The notes: a model not told the origin generated them from the sequence alone. 61,658 nucleotides of DNA, filler included, from 5 parts of 5 records of this genome joined end to end with filler, not necessarily neighbours in it, one strand, 5' to 3'; positions 21,550 to 33,017 are shown, counted from the first letter of the whole stretch. Numbers and translations: made by a program.

Positions 21550-21797
21550 ACACCCCACCGTTGTTCAGAAACCGGGCTCCAGAGGAGCTAAAAAGATAGA
21601 GAGCTATTTGATTGAGGCAACGCCGGAAAATTCAAGGGACGAAGCCAATTAAAGCCAGGTGCCCCAAACCCTCAAACTGCGACAGGATTCCCGATATAGC
21701 CGAAGTGCCATCCCTATAATGCGGTTACAACAACTTACAAATCGGACACCGGCCACCGGATGCTCCAGGTCAACGCGAAGGGATTGTACGAAACGCC

Positions 21798-22913
21798 ATG
21801 AAACTCGTTCACCTCACCCGCTTTATTCTGCCACTCTCTGCAGCCATCGCCCTGACCGGCTGCTTCGATAGTGGCAGCAGCTCCGGATCCGACGATACCC
21901 GCACCGGGCGAATTCATTTCCAGGGCGTTGGTGGGCTGACCTACCAGACTGCCAGTCAGTCCGGAAAGACCAACACACGTGGCGAGTTCCGCTATTACCC
22001 CGGCGAGACACTCTCGGTCAAAGTAGGCAATCTCCCTATCGCAGAAGGGATTCCGGCAAGGGAATACGTGACCTTCCTGGAATTTCAGGCAGACACCCGC
22101 GCGGCCCTGCAACCCCCGGCCGTTGACGATGAAGGACTGAACAGCCACCAGGTCCGTGAACAGCTATTGTTTGAGAACAACACACTGATGAACCTGTCCC
22201 GCTTCCTTCTGGCCCTGAACTGGACCGAGAACGTAGACGACGACGAGGGCATCGACATCCGCGAGCGAGTCATCAACCAGCTCAACCAGGCGCTTGATGA
22301 TCCTAACCTGCCGAACACCATAGATTTCAATGTCAGCATCGGCGAGTTTACCGCCGAGAATTCGCCGGCCAACCAGATCCTGGCGGAGATCTGCTTCCAC
22401 CCGAAAGACGACCCACTGTGCGGTGAGCCGCCAACCCAGGAGGAAATCGACAACGCCGATGACCGCCCTGTAGATGGTGAGCTGGATCCTGATATCGACT
22501 ACAAGGAAGATCTGGAGGCGCTCCGGGAACGAATTCTCCAGTCTGTGCGCAACATGGATGAATTCGACAACGAACAGGCCCGCAATTACCTTCGCAGAGA
22601 GCTCGCCGCTATAACCCGGAAGTTATCAAGGCAGTACTACCTGTCACCGGAAGACGCCACACACGCCGCCGGCGACACCAGCATCAAGTCCGTGAAAGTC
22701 AAAAAGATCAGGGGGGACGCTCAACTGGCCCAGCTGCAGGCCCAAAGCACACGCCCAACCGACGTTTATGTTAACGCCGAAAGCTGGCAAGAGGCAGAAG
22801 TGGAGTACGTGGTCGACGGCCCCACAGGCGGTGAATCAGAAATTCTGGTGAACTTCCGGCCGGAGGGCACCTATCGCTGGGTGCGCAAGCAGATACGCAT
22901 ACTTATCGATTAA
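21798..22913 (+). CDS. Acidic lipoprotein of unknown function
   Basis: Lipobox LTGC followed by a Ser/Gly linker; GLTYQT...GEFRYYPGET beta-rich N-domain; Asp/Glu rich. Confidence 0.75.
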   Translation: MKLVHLTRFILPLSAAIALTGCFDSGSSSGSDDTRTGRIHFQGVGGLTYQTASQSGKTNTRGEFRYYPGETLSVKVGNLPIAEGIPAREYVTFLEFQADTRAALQPPAVDDEGLNSHQVREQLLFENNTLMNLSRFLLALNWTENVDDDEGIDIRERVINQLNQALDDPNLPNTIDFNVSIGEFTAENSPANQILAEICFHPKDDPLCGEPPTQEEIDNADDRPVDGELDPDIDYKEDLEALRERILQSVRNMDEFDNEQARNYLRRELAAITRKLSRQYYLSPEDATHAAGDTSIKSVKVKKIRGDAQLAQLQAQSTRPTDVYVNAESWQEAEVEYVVDGPTGGESEILVNFRPEGTYRWVRKQIRILID

Positions 22914-24210
22914 TCAGTTTACCCAGGGACCAACGGGACTCGGCACCTGTTACATCGTAGCCAGCCGGGTCCAGGCCCTCGGTGCCGTGAGGCAAACACT
23001 CGCGCACGGTCAGTAACTCCGAGGCGCCTCGGGACTCATTGTGCCGGGCCAGATCAACAATCTTTGCGGATTTCAGCGGCCGATGCTCGGCGTCCTGCAT
23101 GACCATCACGCTGGGCCACAGCCTCCTTCCCGGTGAGTGGGATACCACAATGCCACGCTGGCCATCAGAAAGCTCCACCAGAGTACCGGTCGGATACACG
23201 CCCACGCCCTGGATAAAAGCCTCAACAAGATCTTCCTGAAATTCGATATTGCGCATATCGTACAACAGCGATACCGCTTTTGCCGGTGTCATGGGATCCT
23301 GATCATCCCTGGGCGCAATCAAAGACTCAAAGAATTCTGCAATACCTGCAACTTTTGCCAGCAGCGGGATACGGTCGCCACGAATTCCCTGTGGAAAGCC
23401 GGAACCATTGTGTCGCTCTCGGTGCCCCTGAACCACGCTCATAACGGCTCTGGAGAGACCCGCGCCTTCCAGCATCTGACAACCACGTTCAACATAGGTG
23501 CGATAAGTCGCGTATTCTTCAGTGGATAGACAGTGCTCTCGGGCCAGCATCTCTTTAGGCAATGCGGTCTTACCCACCTGCGACAAAAGACACCCCACTC
23601 CCAGATGGTTCAGGAGCCCTTCGTTCAATCCTAGCTGCCGGCCACACACCAGGGCCCATACTGCGGTATTCAGGGCATGCCGATACACAAAATCATCATA
23701 CTGGCGGGTGCGGCTCAACCACAAAAGCGCGTTCGGCTGGCGAACGACGCTCTCTACCATGCGGCGGGTGACGTCCGCAGCCGGGCGCAGATCCGGCACC
23801 TGATCGTCCTGAACGGTCTCGAACATACGGCTTAATGCCAATTCCGCATCGTTCAGGAGCTTGCGGGATGCTTTGAGTTCTTTACGAAGGGGGACATCAT
23901 TCTTGTAAACAACCGGTTCACGAATACTCAGTGGCGCCAGTTGCATTTCCTCACGACCACCCGCACGGGAGTTAGAACGTCGGGCAAAGGGGCGAACCTT
24001 GTCGGGCCCGAAGGTGATTTCCTCGCGGGTTTCCGCCACATCAACCATCACCCACTTACAGTGGGAGACAACGGCTTTCAGATCGTTTTCGGAACGGAGG
24101 TAAAAGCCCTGGATAGGAAACGGTGTTTGATGCCAGGGGCGATCAAGATCAGACACGAACATGCCGATCTCAAGATCATGTGCCGCAATTTTTTTCTGAC
24201 GAACGCCCAC
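22903..24210 (-). CDS. DUF3391 + HD-GYP domain protein with degenerate active site
   Basis: LEIGMFVSDLDRPWHQTPF (DUF3391); SQVGK in place of HDxGK; HRERHNGSGFP; GVYPTGTLVELSDG C-terminal extension. Confidence 0.85.
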   Translation of the reverse strand: MGVRQKKIAAHDLEIGMFVSDLDRPWHQTPFPIQGFYLRSENDLKAVVSHCKWVMVDVAETREEITFGPDKVRPFARRSNSRAGGREEMQLAPLSIREPVVYKNDVPLRKELKASRKLLNDAELALSRMFETVQDDQVPDLRPAADVTRRMVESVVRQPNALLWLSRTRQYDDFVYRHALNTAVWALVCGRQLGLNEGLLNHLGVGCLLSQVGKTALPKEMLAREHCLSTEEYATYRTYVERGCQMLEGAGLSRAVMSVVQGHRERHNGSGFPQGIRGDRIPLLAKVAGIAEFFESLIAPRDDQDPMTPAKAVSLLYDMRNIEFQEDLVEAFIQGVGVYPTGTLVELSDGQRGIVVSHSPGRRLWPSVMVMQDAEHRPLKSAKIVDLARHNESRGASELLTVRECLPHGTEGLDPAGYDVTGAESRWSLGKLINR

Positions 24211-24387
24211 TAGACACCTCAGGAACAGGGATTCTTTGACAGTTCCCAGTTTGCCACGTTAACGGCAAGACACCATTACTATTTGGTAGCGAACCGTCAC
24301 CAAAGCGCAACAAGTCGTAACTCAGATTTTCACTCGGCAACGAAATGTATCACTGTGACAAAGCTCACAGGAAAAAGCAGACAGACT

Positions 24388-24984
24388 TCAATCTTCCAGG
24401 CACTGAGTCTCGTCAAAATCCGGCAGACGCGCATTCAAAGAGCCCCGGGGCACCTTCCTGGCATAAACCGTATAGGCGACTGCAGACGGACGAATGTAAT
24501 CAACATTCACCTCTTCACCACCCCTCATCAGGGTTGCCCTCGCAGGCTGGCAGGAAACCAGAAGCTCAAAGCGGCTGCCGACATCGGCCACCCGGCCCCC
24601 TCCCTGAGGCGTTTTTACCGTAAGACAGAAAGACTGCCCTGTGGCCGGCGAACCTGTTGCCGCCAAGACATCCAGCGAGGGGTCTCCACAAGCACGAATG
24701 CCATCACCACAATCACCAGCACTGTCATGACTGCTGTCGGCAATACGCCAGACCCGATCACTACACTGGGTTTCCAGTTTCATGGTGGTGGCCTGATTAC
24801 GGCCCGGCCACCACTCTGGATACTCCGCGCTTTGCCAGTTCACCCGCACCTGCCGGGTTTCACCCGCGGAATTCTCCGCGGGGAACATGGCATAGTGAGT
24901 ATAGTAGCTGGCGCATCCTGATAGCATTGCCATCGGCACAACAAACACCGAGACCATCAATCTGAAGTACGCAGGTGAACTCAT
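24388..24984 (-). CDS. Hypothetical Cys-containing lipoprotein
   Basis: Lipobox LSGC; six further cysteines. Confidence 0.7.
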   Translation of the reverse strand: MSSPAYFRLMVSVFVVPMAMLSGCASYYTHYAMFPAENSAGETRQVRVNWQSAEYPEWWPGRNQATTMKLETQCSDRVWRIADSSHDSAGDCGDGIRACGDPSLDVLAATGSPATGQSFCLTVKTPQGGGRVADVGSRFELLVSCQPARATLMRGGEEVNVDYIRPSAVAYTVYARKVPRGSLNARLPDFDETQCLED

Positions 24985-25046
24985 CAGGCAAAACCTTTTC
25001 TTTTAACTGCGCCCATTATCTCCATCATGAGATTCCCTTCCGTCAA

Positions 25047-25325
25047 CTATTCGGCAGTATCGGCAAACTGCAACCCGAACCCGTCAACCGTGCGACGCAC
25101 CACCACCATGTCCAGAATGGGGGCCGGCACAGGAAGCCCCTGCACCTGAACGCTTACGCAATCGCCCAAGGAGGGCTCGAAAACCTGTTCACCCACAACG
25201 ATGAAAACGCCGCCGTCTGAGATGTCACGGGTAGAGAAGACGAATTCTCCCAACTGTTCATGGACCAACTTCACTTTTGCGCTCATTGCCGTGCGGCTAT
25301 GCTCTCTGCGATCACTACCGACCAT
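25047..25325 (-). CDS. Stand-alone PilZ domain protein
   Basis: RxxxR (RREHSR) and DxSxxG (DISDGG) motifs are intact; GFGLQF near the end. Confidence 0.88.
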   Translation of the reverse strand: MVGSDRREHSRTAMSAKVKLVHEQLGEFVFSTRDISDGGVFIVVGEQVFEPSLGDCVSVQVQGLPVPAPILDMVVVRRTVDGFGLQFADTAE

Positions 25326-25408
25326 GCTCGGAAACCCTGCTATTTGCTGCCTTCTTATAGTGTTCTGAAGCATAACACTATTTTCTGAAAAATATCCCCG
25401 AAGGGTTA

Positions 25409-25447
25409 TTGACTCATTCGCGGTTAGCAATGAGAATAGTTGTCGTT
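25409..25447 (+). promoter_or_regulatory. Sigma-70 promoter overlapped by a Fur box
   Basis: TTGACT-N17-GAGAAT, plus AATGAGAATAGTTGTCGTT (25429-25447) resembling the Fur consensus, upstream of an iron-binding protein gene. Confidence 0.7.
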
Positions 25448-25519
25448 TTTAACTGCCTGTCACATTCGATTACAGGCGAATGTTCACCTTTTAGCAACGC
25501 GACAGAAAGGATCACCACT

Positions 25520-26533
25520 ATGCGAATGAAACTTGCCGCAACTGCCGCCATCGCTCTGGCCGCCATGCCGCTGTCTGCCTCTGCCGACGGCGAGGTCAAT
25601 ATCTACTCCTACCGTCAGGCTTACCTGCTGGAACCGCTGCTCAACGCCTTCACCGAAGAAACAGGCATTGAAGCGAACGTTGTCTTTGCCAAGCAGGGTC
25701 TGGCCGAGCGCCTTGAGCGTGAAGGCCGCAACAGCCCGGCAGACGTGGTGATGACGGTCGACATTTCACGCATCAACGAACTGGTTGAGAAAGACCTCGT
25801 TGCCGGCGTTGAGACCGACACGCTGCAGGAGAACATTCCGGAGAACCTGCGCCACCCGGAAGGTAAGTGGTTTGCCCTGACCACTCGTGGTCGCCTGATC
25901 TTCGCATCCAAAGATCGCGTTGAAGAGGGTGAGATCACCACATACGAGCAACTGGCTGATGACAAGTGGGAAGGCCGCATCTGTACCCGCAGCGGCAAGC
26001 ACCCGTACAACATCGCCCTGATCTCCTCCATGATCGCCCACCACGGTGAAGAAAAGACCGAAGAGTGGCTGCAAGGCGTCAAAGAAAACCTGGCACGCAA
26101 ACCCCAGGGTGGCGATCGCGACCAGATCAAAGCCATCGCTGAAGGCGTCTGCGACATTTCCATTGGCAACAGCTACTACTACGGCAACATGCTGATGGAC
26201 GAAAACCAGCGCCCGATCGCCGAACAGGTTAACCTGGTATTCCCGAATGCCGAAGGTCGTGGCACTCACGTAAACATCAGTGGCATTTCCCTCACCAAGA
26301 GCGCGCCGAACAAGGACAATGCCATCAAGCTGATGGAATTCCTGTCCTCACCGGAAGCCCAGCGCATCTACGCGGAAGCCAACACCGAGTACCCGGCGAA
26401 CCCGGAAGTGAAGCCTTCTGGCCTGGTAGCCGAGTGGGGTGAGATCAACCCGGACGATCTGTCACTGCAGGAAATCGCCAACAACCGCGAAGCGGCTGTG
26501 AAGCTGGTTGACCGCGTTGACTATGACGGCTGA
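25520..26533 (+). CDS. Fe(III) ABC transporter substrate-binding protein (FutA/FbpA family)
   Basis: Signal peptide, VNIYSYRQ, EGRNSPAD, RSGKHPYN, GNSYYYG tyrosine iron ligands. ATG 25520 follows AAAGGA. Confidence 0.92.
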   Translation: MRMKLAATAAIALAAMPLSASADGEVNIYSYRQAYLLEPLLNAFTEETGIEANVVFAKQGLAERLEREGRNSPADVVMTVDISRINELVEKDLVAGVETDTLQENIPENLRHPEGKWFALTTRGRLIFASKDRVEEGEITTYEQLADDKWEGRICTRSGKHPYNIALISSMIAHHGEEKTEEWLQGVKENLARKPQGGDRDQIKAIAEGVCDISIGNSYYYGNMLMDENQRPIAEQVNLVFPNAEGRGTHVNISGISLTKSAPNKDNAIKLMEFLSSPEAQRIYAEANTEYPANPEVKPSGLVAEWGEINPDDLSLQEIANNREAAVKLVDRVDYDG

Positions 26534-26559
26534 TCAGCCTCACACCAACCGGTAAACCG

Positions 26560-26590
26560 AAGGGTGTCCTGTCCAGGGCACCCTTTTTTG
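26560..26590 (+). terminator. Terminator/stabilising hairpin between binding-protein and permease genes
   Basis: AAGGGTGTCCT-GTCC-AGGGCACCCTT followed by TTTT. Confidence 0.75.
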
Positions 26591-26683
26591 TTGGCCACAA
26601 ACATGACCGCAGTCATTGCAGGGAAGCAACGCACTATCTAAAATCGCAACACTTCTCATCACCACTACGCTAACAGGATCACC

Positions 26684-28258
26684 ATGACCGAGGTCGTTTC
26701 CAGTGCAAACCCGGGGCTCTCGCAACCGCTACTGGCAAAACGCACCTCAAAACGGTGGCTGATCAGCGCCGTCCTTACCACCGCTATTGTCGCGCTTCCA
26801 GTGCTGTCGGTGATCTTCCTGGCCCTGTTCCCGGACGAGAACATCTGGCCTCATCTGATTGAAACCACCCTGCCCCGCTACCTGACCACCACCATCAAGT
26901 TGATGATCGGTGTGGGCGCGCTAACCCTGTTGATCGGACTGGCCACCGCCTGGGCCGTGACCATGTGCGAGTTCCCGGGCCGGAAATTCTTTGAATGGGC
27001 TCTGCTGCTACCTTTTGCCGTACCGGCCTACGTGATTGCCTATGTCTACACCAGCCTGCTGGATTACGCCGGCCCCGTGCAGCGAGGCCTGCGTGAGTGG
27101 TTTGGCTGGCAGAACGCCAGCGATTACTGGTTTCCGGAAATCCGCAGCCTGGAAGGCGCCATCCTGATGATCGGACTGGTACTCTACCCCTATGTGTACC
27201 TGCTGGGGCGAGCTGCCTTTCTTGAACAATCACCCTCACTGTTTGCCGTCAGCCGCAGCCTGGGTCATTCGGCACTGAGCACTTTCTTTCGGGTAGTTCT
27301 GCCCATTGCCCGGCCAGCCATTGCCGTGGGCCTGTCCCTGGTGCTGATGGAAACCCTGAACGATTTCGGCACCGTCGATTTCTTTGCCGTGCAAACCCTC
27401 ACCCGCGGCCTGTTCGATACCTGGATGAACCTGGGTAACCTGGGCGGCGCCGCCCAGATCGCGACCACCATGCTCATTTTCGTGGTGATCCTGGTAACCC
27501 TGGAACGTTATTCACGGCGCCGCCAGCAACAATACGCGGCCCGCGACAACCGTGACCCGATTCACCGCTTCACCATGTCTTTCCCGCGCCAGATGATCTG
27601 TGTCGTCGTCTGCGCCGTGCCACTGATATTTGGCTTCATAATCCCCGGTGCCACCCTGGGCTATTACGCCTGGGAATACTTTGATGTCAGCTGGAACCCG
27701 GATTTTATTCAGAACACGTTTAACAGCCTGTTCCTGTCCAGCGCGGCAGCGCTCACCACCCTGATCATCGGCGTTACGCTGGCCTATAGCCGCCGTCTGC
27801 ACAACACCCGTGGCATGCAGATCCTGATGCGCCTATCCAGTCTCGGTTACGCCATGCCCGGCGCAGTGCTGGCCGTGGGCGTCATCGTACCGCTGGCCGG
27901 CTTCGACAACTGGCTGGATTCCCTGATGCGGGATTATCTTGGCGTGAGCACCGGCCTGCTGCTGAGTGGAACGGCCTTTGCCCTGATTTTTGCCTACACC
28001 GTGCGTTTTCTGGCGGTGTCTGCCGGCAGTGTGGAGAGCGCCCTCCAGAAAATCACCCCCAGCATGGACATGGCCTCCCGCTCCCTGGGCCACACTCCGG
28101 GCAAAACCCTGATCAACGTACACCTCCCGATGCTGCGTGGAACCCTGGTCACCGCCGCCCTGGTAGTGTTTGTCGACTGCATGAAGGAACTGCCGGCCAC
28201 CCTGATTCTTCGGCCCTTTAATTACGAGACCCTGGCCACCTACGTGTACCAGTTTGCC
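26684..28258 (+). CDS. Fe(III) ABC transporter permease (FutB/FbpB family, 3' truncated)
   Basis: Two permease repeats with SRSLG motifs, METLNDFGTV, MKELPATLILRPFN. Confidence 0.92.
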
Positions 28259-28358
28259 NNNNNNNNNNNNNNNNNNNNNNNNNNNNNNNNNNNNNNNNNN
28301 NNTTAATTAATTAANNNNNNNNNNNNNNNNNNNNNNNNNNNNNNNNNNNNNNNNNNNN
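28259..28358. other. Artificial contig linker
   Basis: N-run + TTAATTAATTAA + N-run. Confidence 0.98.
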
Positions 28359-29973
28359 CAACCATGAATTCAACTATGGTCTGGAATTCCTGGCCGAAAG
28401 CGTCAACGACGCCGGCTTCCCGTACATTAGCGCGAACGTCTTCGTGGAAGACGACGATGACAATCCGGACAACGATCAGCTGTACTTCGAGCCCTACCGA
28501 CTGGTAACCAAGTCGGTCCGGGACCGCGACGGCAACAGTCATGACATCACGGTCGGATTCATCGGCTTCCTGCCGCCGCAAATCATGCAGTGGGACAAGA
28601 AGAACCTGGAAGGCGAGGTGATCACCAAGGACATCAAGGCCATGGCCGAGCGCTATGTGCCGCGGATGAAGGCGGAAGGCGCCGATGTTATTGTCGCCAT
28701 TCCCCATTCCGGTATCAGCACCACGGCTTACTCCGAAGCGGATAAAGCGGAGAACAGCAGTTGGTATCTGGCGGACGTGGAGGGCATCGACGCTATCATG
28801 TTCGGCCACAGCCATTTACTGTTCCCATCCGACAGCTTCGCCGACACCCCCAATGTGGACGTGGAAAAAGGCACCATCAAGGACGTTCCGGCGGTCATGC
28901 CCGGTTACTGGGGCAGCCATCTGGGCGTCATCGATATGACCCTGTCCTACTATACCGGAGCGGATCAGTGGTCCATCACCAACTCCCAAGTGCAGGCCCA
29001 GCCGATCTTCGCGGACGATGCCCCCGCGGTGGAAGCCGACGCGGCTCTGGTGGCCAAGCTGGCCGGGGATCACCAGGCCACCATCGATTACATGAACCAG
29101 CCCATCGGTGAATCCACTGACGACATCTACAGCTTCCTGGCGGTGGTGAAGGACGATCCGTCCATTCAGATCGTGGCGGATGCCCAGAAGGCCTACGTGG
29201 AGAATCTGATCGAAGGCGACGTCAATCTCCAGGATCTGCCGGTGTTGTCCGCCGCCGCGCCATTCAAGGCCTGCAGCCGGGAAGGGATCTGCGCCGATGA
29301 AAGCGCCTTCACCGTGGTGCCCAAAGGCGAACTGAAAGTGAAAAACGCCGCCGACCTGTATCTGTATCCGAATACACTGATGGCGGTGAAAGCCAATGGC
29401 GCCGAGCTGACTCAATGGCTGGAATGCTCCGCTTCCCAGTTTTTCCAGATCGACACCAGCACCAGCGCCCCTCAGGAATTGGTGAATTACAGCGGCTTTC
29501 CCACCTATAACTTCGACGTTATCGATGGCCTCACCTACCAGATCGACGTTACCCAGCCAGCGCGCTATGACGGCGACTGCGTCCAGGTCAGTGACGGCCA
29601 GCGCATCGTCAATCTGGCCTATCAGGGCAACCCGGTGGCGGACGACGATGAATTCCTGATCGCCACCAATAATTACCGCGCTGGCGGCGGCAAGTTCGCG
29701 GGCACCGGTGGCGACCACATCGTCATTGAGTCACCGGATGAGAACCGCGCGGTCCTGGCGGACTACATCCGGGAAAACAGTCCGGTTACGCCCACCGCCG
29801 ACGGCAACTGGTCGTTCGCGCCGATTGACGCGGCCACCGATCTGACCATCGTGTTCCGGGTGCCCAATACCGACCGGGCCCGAAACTTCGTTGCCGAAAA
29901 AGCGCCGGAAGCGGTATTCCTGGAGACCAACGATAACAACGAAGCGGTGTACGAACTGGACCTGCAACCCTGA
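28359..29973 (+). CDS. cpdB: 2',3'-cyclic-nucleotide 2'-phosphodiesterase/3'-nucleotidase (5' truncated)
   Basis: NHEFNYG at the contig start, PPQIMQWD, IPHSG, FGHSH, SAAAPFK, ADLYLYPN, YNFDVIDG, TNNYR. Confidence 0.92.
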
Positions 29974-29983
29974 CCTGGCGAGC

Positions 29984-30628
29984 TCACAAAGGGATCGTCA
30001 CCTCTTCCCGCTCCAACACCCGGTTTACCGCCGGGCGTTGGAGCATGCACCGGGTGTGTTCGATCCACGCCGTATGCTCGCTCATATCCAGCCCCACCAG
30101 ACTGCCCCACCTGAACAGCACCAACAGAAACGGATCCACCACACTGTACTGGTCACCCAGCGCCCAGGGCCCTGGTTGTGCCAAGCGCTCGGTCACATCC
30201 TGATTGGCCTGGGCCACCACCTTCAGACCCTGTTCCCTCAGAGCCGGGACGTCATCCGGATCGGCACTGAACCGATGCGGACGCCATATAAGACCGTAGC
30301 CGGTACCGTGCATCCAGCCAGCCAACCACGCCAGCCATTCCTGAACACGGCCGCGCTGCAGAGCGGTCGGCGGCAACAGGGCCGGCGTGTCATGGCTTTC
30401 CGCCAGAAAGGTCAGGATCGCGGGCAGTTCGGTAAGCACGCCCGCTTCGCCCGGAATAGCCAGAGCCGGTACCCGCCCCTTGGGGTTGATGGCCAGGTAA
30501 CCCGGCTTGGAAGTATCGCCGTCGTGAATCCGCAGGGGCATCAACCTGGTCGGCGCACCCAGTTCCTCCAATACGATATGCACTGCCATGGAGCAGGCAC
30601 CGGACGAATAATACAACTGATAGCTCAT
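29984..30628 (-). CDS. Glutathione S-transferase (beta-class-like)
   Basis: LYYSSGACS, INPKGRVPAL, LTELPAI, GDQYSVVD. Confidence 0.9.
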   Translation of the reverse strand: MSYQLYYSSGACSMAVHIVLEELGAPTRLMPLRIHDGDTSKPGYLAINPKGRVPALAIPGEAGVLTELPAILTFLAESHDTPALLPPTALQRGRVQEWLAWLAGWMHGTGYGLIWRPHRFSADPDDVPALREQGLKVVAQANQDVTERLAQPGPWALGDQYSVVDPFLLVLFRWGSLVGLDMSEHTAWIEHTRCMLQRPAVNRVLEREEVTIPL

Positions 30629-30719
30629 GGCTCGACTCCTTGAACGGGAGTGTCAGCCTAGAAGCCCGTCCTGAACCGGACAAACGATACTTTGTAGGGT
30701 CTGGGCATTAGTGATATTA

Positions 30720-31613
30720 ATGTCGCCCATGGATAGAAACTCGCTTCCGCCCCTGCAAACACTGGTGGCTTTCGAGGCCAGCGTCCGACTGCGCAGCTTC
30801 ACTCTGGCCGCACAGGAACTGTCACTGACCCAGGGCGCGGTCAGCCAGCACATCCGTTCCCTTGAGCAGCGTCTGGGACGGCGGTTGTTCGAACGGCAAC
30901 GTCAGGGCGCTGCCCCCACCAGGGAAGCCCAACATCTGGCCTTGCAGGTGCGCCAGGGCCTGGGTGTGCTGGAGCGGGCCTTCAAGACACCTCGTCGCAG
31001 GCACCGCGCCACCACGTTACGTTTGAGCACCTTACCGAGCATCGCGCAACGCTGGCTGTTACCGCGTCTGGCCGATTTCCATCAACGCTTTCCCGACATC
31101 CGCGTGGAGGTATCCACAGACGTCGATCTGGTCAAGCTGGGCGGTAACGCGAACAGCGACGTGGCACTGCGCTACGGCCCCGGAGGCTGGCCCGGCCTGC
31201 AATCGGAGGCATTGTCTTCGGAGTGGGTATACCCGGTGGCCAGTCCGGATTATCGCGATGGCAAACTGCCCCGCAGGCGGGCGGATCTGGGCCATTGCGT
31301 TTTGCTACGGCACGCGGCACAGCCCTGGGCTCTGTGGCTTCAGGCCGCGGGCCTGGCACTGGCCAACAGCGATCAAGGCCCGCTCTTTCTCAACCTGACC
31401 AGTTTGCTCGCAGCGGCGGAGAACGGCGAAGGTATCGCGCTGGCGCGGCATCATCTGGTGCGGGATGCGCTTGCGGCAGGCCGTCTGGTTCGATTGTGGA
31501 AGACCCAGGTAATCGACGTACATCGCTATTATCTGGTCTGGGCCCACCAGGCCGATAAGGACGACGCCATCGACACATTACGTCAATGGCTGAAAACCGC
31601 CTTTACTCTCTAA
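30720..31613 (+). CDS. LysR-family regulator (GcvA-like), divergent from the GST gene
   Basis: LPPLQTLVAFEA...SFTLAAQELSLTQGAVSQHI helix-turn-helix; DVALRYGPGGWPGL. Confidence 0.9.
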   Translation: MSPMDRNSLPPLQTLVAFEASVRLRSFTLAAQELSLTQGAVSQHIRSLEQRLGRRLFERQRQGAAPTREAQHLALQVRQGLGVLERAFKTPRRRHRATTLRLSTLPSIAQRWLLPRLADFHQRFPDIRVEVSTDVDLVKLGGNANSDVALRYGPGGWPGLQSEALSSEWVYPVASPDYRDGKLPRRRADLGHCVLLRHAAQPWALWLQAAGLALANSDQGPLFLNLTSLLAAAENGEGIALARHHLVRDALAAGRLVRLWKTQVIDVHRYYLVWAHQADKDDAIDTLRQWLKTAFTL

Positions 31614-32944
31614 ATCGATCGCGCCGGTTGGCGCGCTTTCAAACGCGGCCGGTTAAAGGCGATCGCCAGCAGAGCCGCCAACCCCAGCGCCCAGCAATAG
31701 TGAATGGCGCCGATCAATGACAACGGCGACAGTGATGCAATGGAGCAGGCCAGGAGGACTTGAGCGCCGTAAGGAATCAGCCCTTGCACCACGCAGGAAA
31801 AGATATCCATCAGGCTGGCCGAGCGCCTCGGATCGACGCCATATTCCGCGGCGATCTCCTTGGCCATTTCACCACACAGTACAATCGATACCGTGTTGTT
31901 GGCGACAAACAGATTGGCGGTGACCACCAGCAGCGCGATACCTATCTCACCGGCGCGCTGACTGGACAGCTTCAGCCAGCGGGTCAGCGAATGAATACGT
32001 TCGATCAGCCAGCGCGTGCCACCCTGATCATTCATCAGTTGCGATAACCCACCGATCAGCATCGATAACAACATGATCTCGAACATGGATTCGAAGCCCT
32101 GGTAGATCGCCCCATTGACGTCGACCAGACCGTATTCCGGACTCAGTATCACGCCAGTGAGCCCGGCGGTGACGATACCAATCACCAGCACCACCAATAC
32201 GTTCATCCCGGACAGCGCCAGAGCGAACACCAGCAGGTAAGGCATAACCCGCCAGTAGGACACGGATTCGGACGGCACCGTGTGTTCGCCGTCCCCCAGC
32301 AGCGCCAGCAACACCACCGTCGCCAACGCCGCCGGCAGCGCTATCCAGACGTTCACCCGGAATTTGTCCTTGAGCGAGACGCCCTGACTGCGAGTGGCGG
32401 CGATGGTGGTATCCGAGATCATCGACAGGTTATCGCCCAGCATGGCGCCGCCAACCACGGCCCCCAAGGACAAGGGCAACGACAACGAGGTGGCCTGGGC
32501 GAACCCCACCGCGATCGGCGCGGTGGCGGCGATGGTTCCCATGGAAGTGCCCATGGCGGTAGCGATAAAAGCGGAGATCAGGAACAGAGCCGGCAGTACC
32601 CAACTGGCCGGCATGATCTGCAACCCGAATTGAACGGTGGCATCAACGCTGCCGATACTCTTGCTGACGCTGGCGAAGGCGCCGGCCAACAGGAATACCA
32701 GGCACATGAGAACGATGTTGGGATGGCCGACGCCCACCAGCAAGCGTTCGACACTGTGATGGAAGGACTGCCGTGCCAGAAGGAATGACAACACAATGGC
32801 GACAACCGCCACCACCGGCGCCTTGATTTGATAGAACGCGAACTCCGCCCCCGCGGCACTGAAATAAAGCCCGCTACCGAGAAAGACGACAAGAAAGAAA
32901 AGTAGCGGGATCAGCGCCCATGCCCGGGCGGGAGTTTGCGTCAT
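31610..32944 (-). CDS. Na+/H+ antiporter NhaC-family (MetT-like) transporter
   Basis: ATAMGTSMGT, GDNLSMISDTTIAA, QGLIPYGAQ; highly hydrophobic. Confidence 0.85.
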   Translation of the reverse strand: MTQTPARAWALIPLLFFLVVFLGSGLYFSAAGAEFAFYQIKAPVVAVVAIVLSFLLARQSFHHSVERLLVGVGHPNIVLMCLVFLLAGAFASVSKSIGSVDATVQFGLQIMPASWVLPALFLISAFIATAMGTSMGTIAATAPIAVGFAQATSLSLPLSLGAVVGGAMLGDNLSMISDTTIAATRSQGVSLKDKFRVNVWIALPAALATVVLLALLGDGEHTVPSESVSYWRVMPYLLVFALALSGMNVLVVLVIGIVTAGLTGVILSPEYGLVDVNGAIYQGFESMFEIMLLSMLIGGLSQLMNDQGGTRWLIERIHSLTRWLKLSSQRAGEIGIALLVVTANLFVANNTVSIVLCGEMAKEIAAEYGVDPRRSASLMDIFSCVVQGLIPYGAQVLLACSIASLSPLSLIGAIHYCWALGLAALLAIAFNRPRLKARQPARSI

Positions 32945-33017
32945 ACTGGCCGGCCTGTCGGTCCAAGAAGTCTGACCGTCCAGTGTAGGGGGAAATGCGG
33001 GATGCCGAAACCGGCTC

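Noticed and set aside
29984-30628. GST as an NdmE-like subunit of the Rieske system
   Set aside because: It is over 10 kb from the oxygenase, has its own divergent LysR, and lacks the shared sigma-54 and operator motifs.
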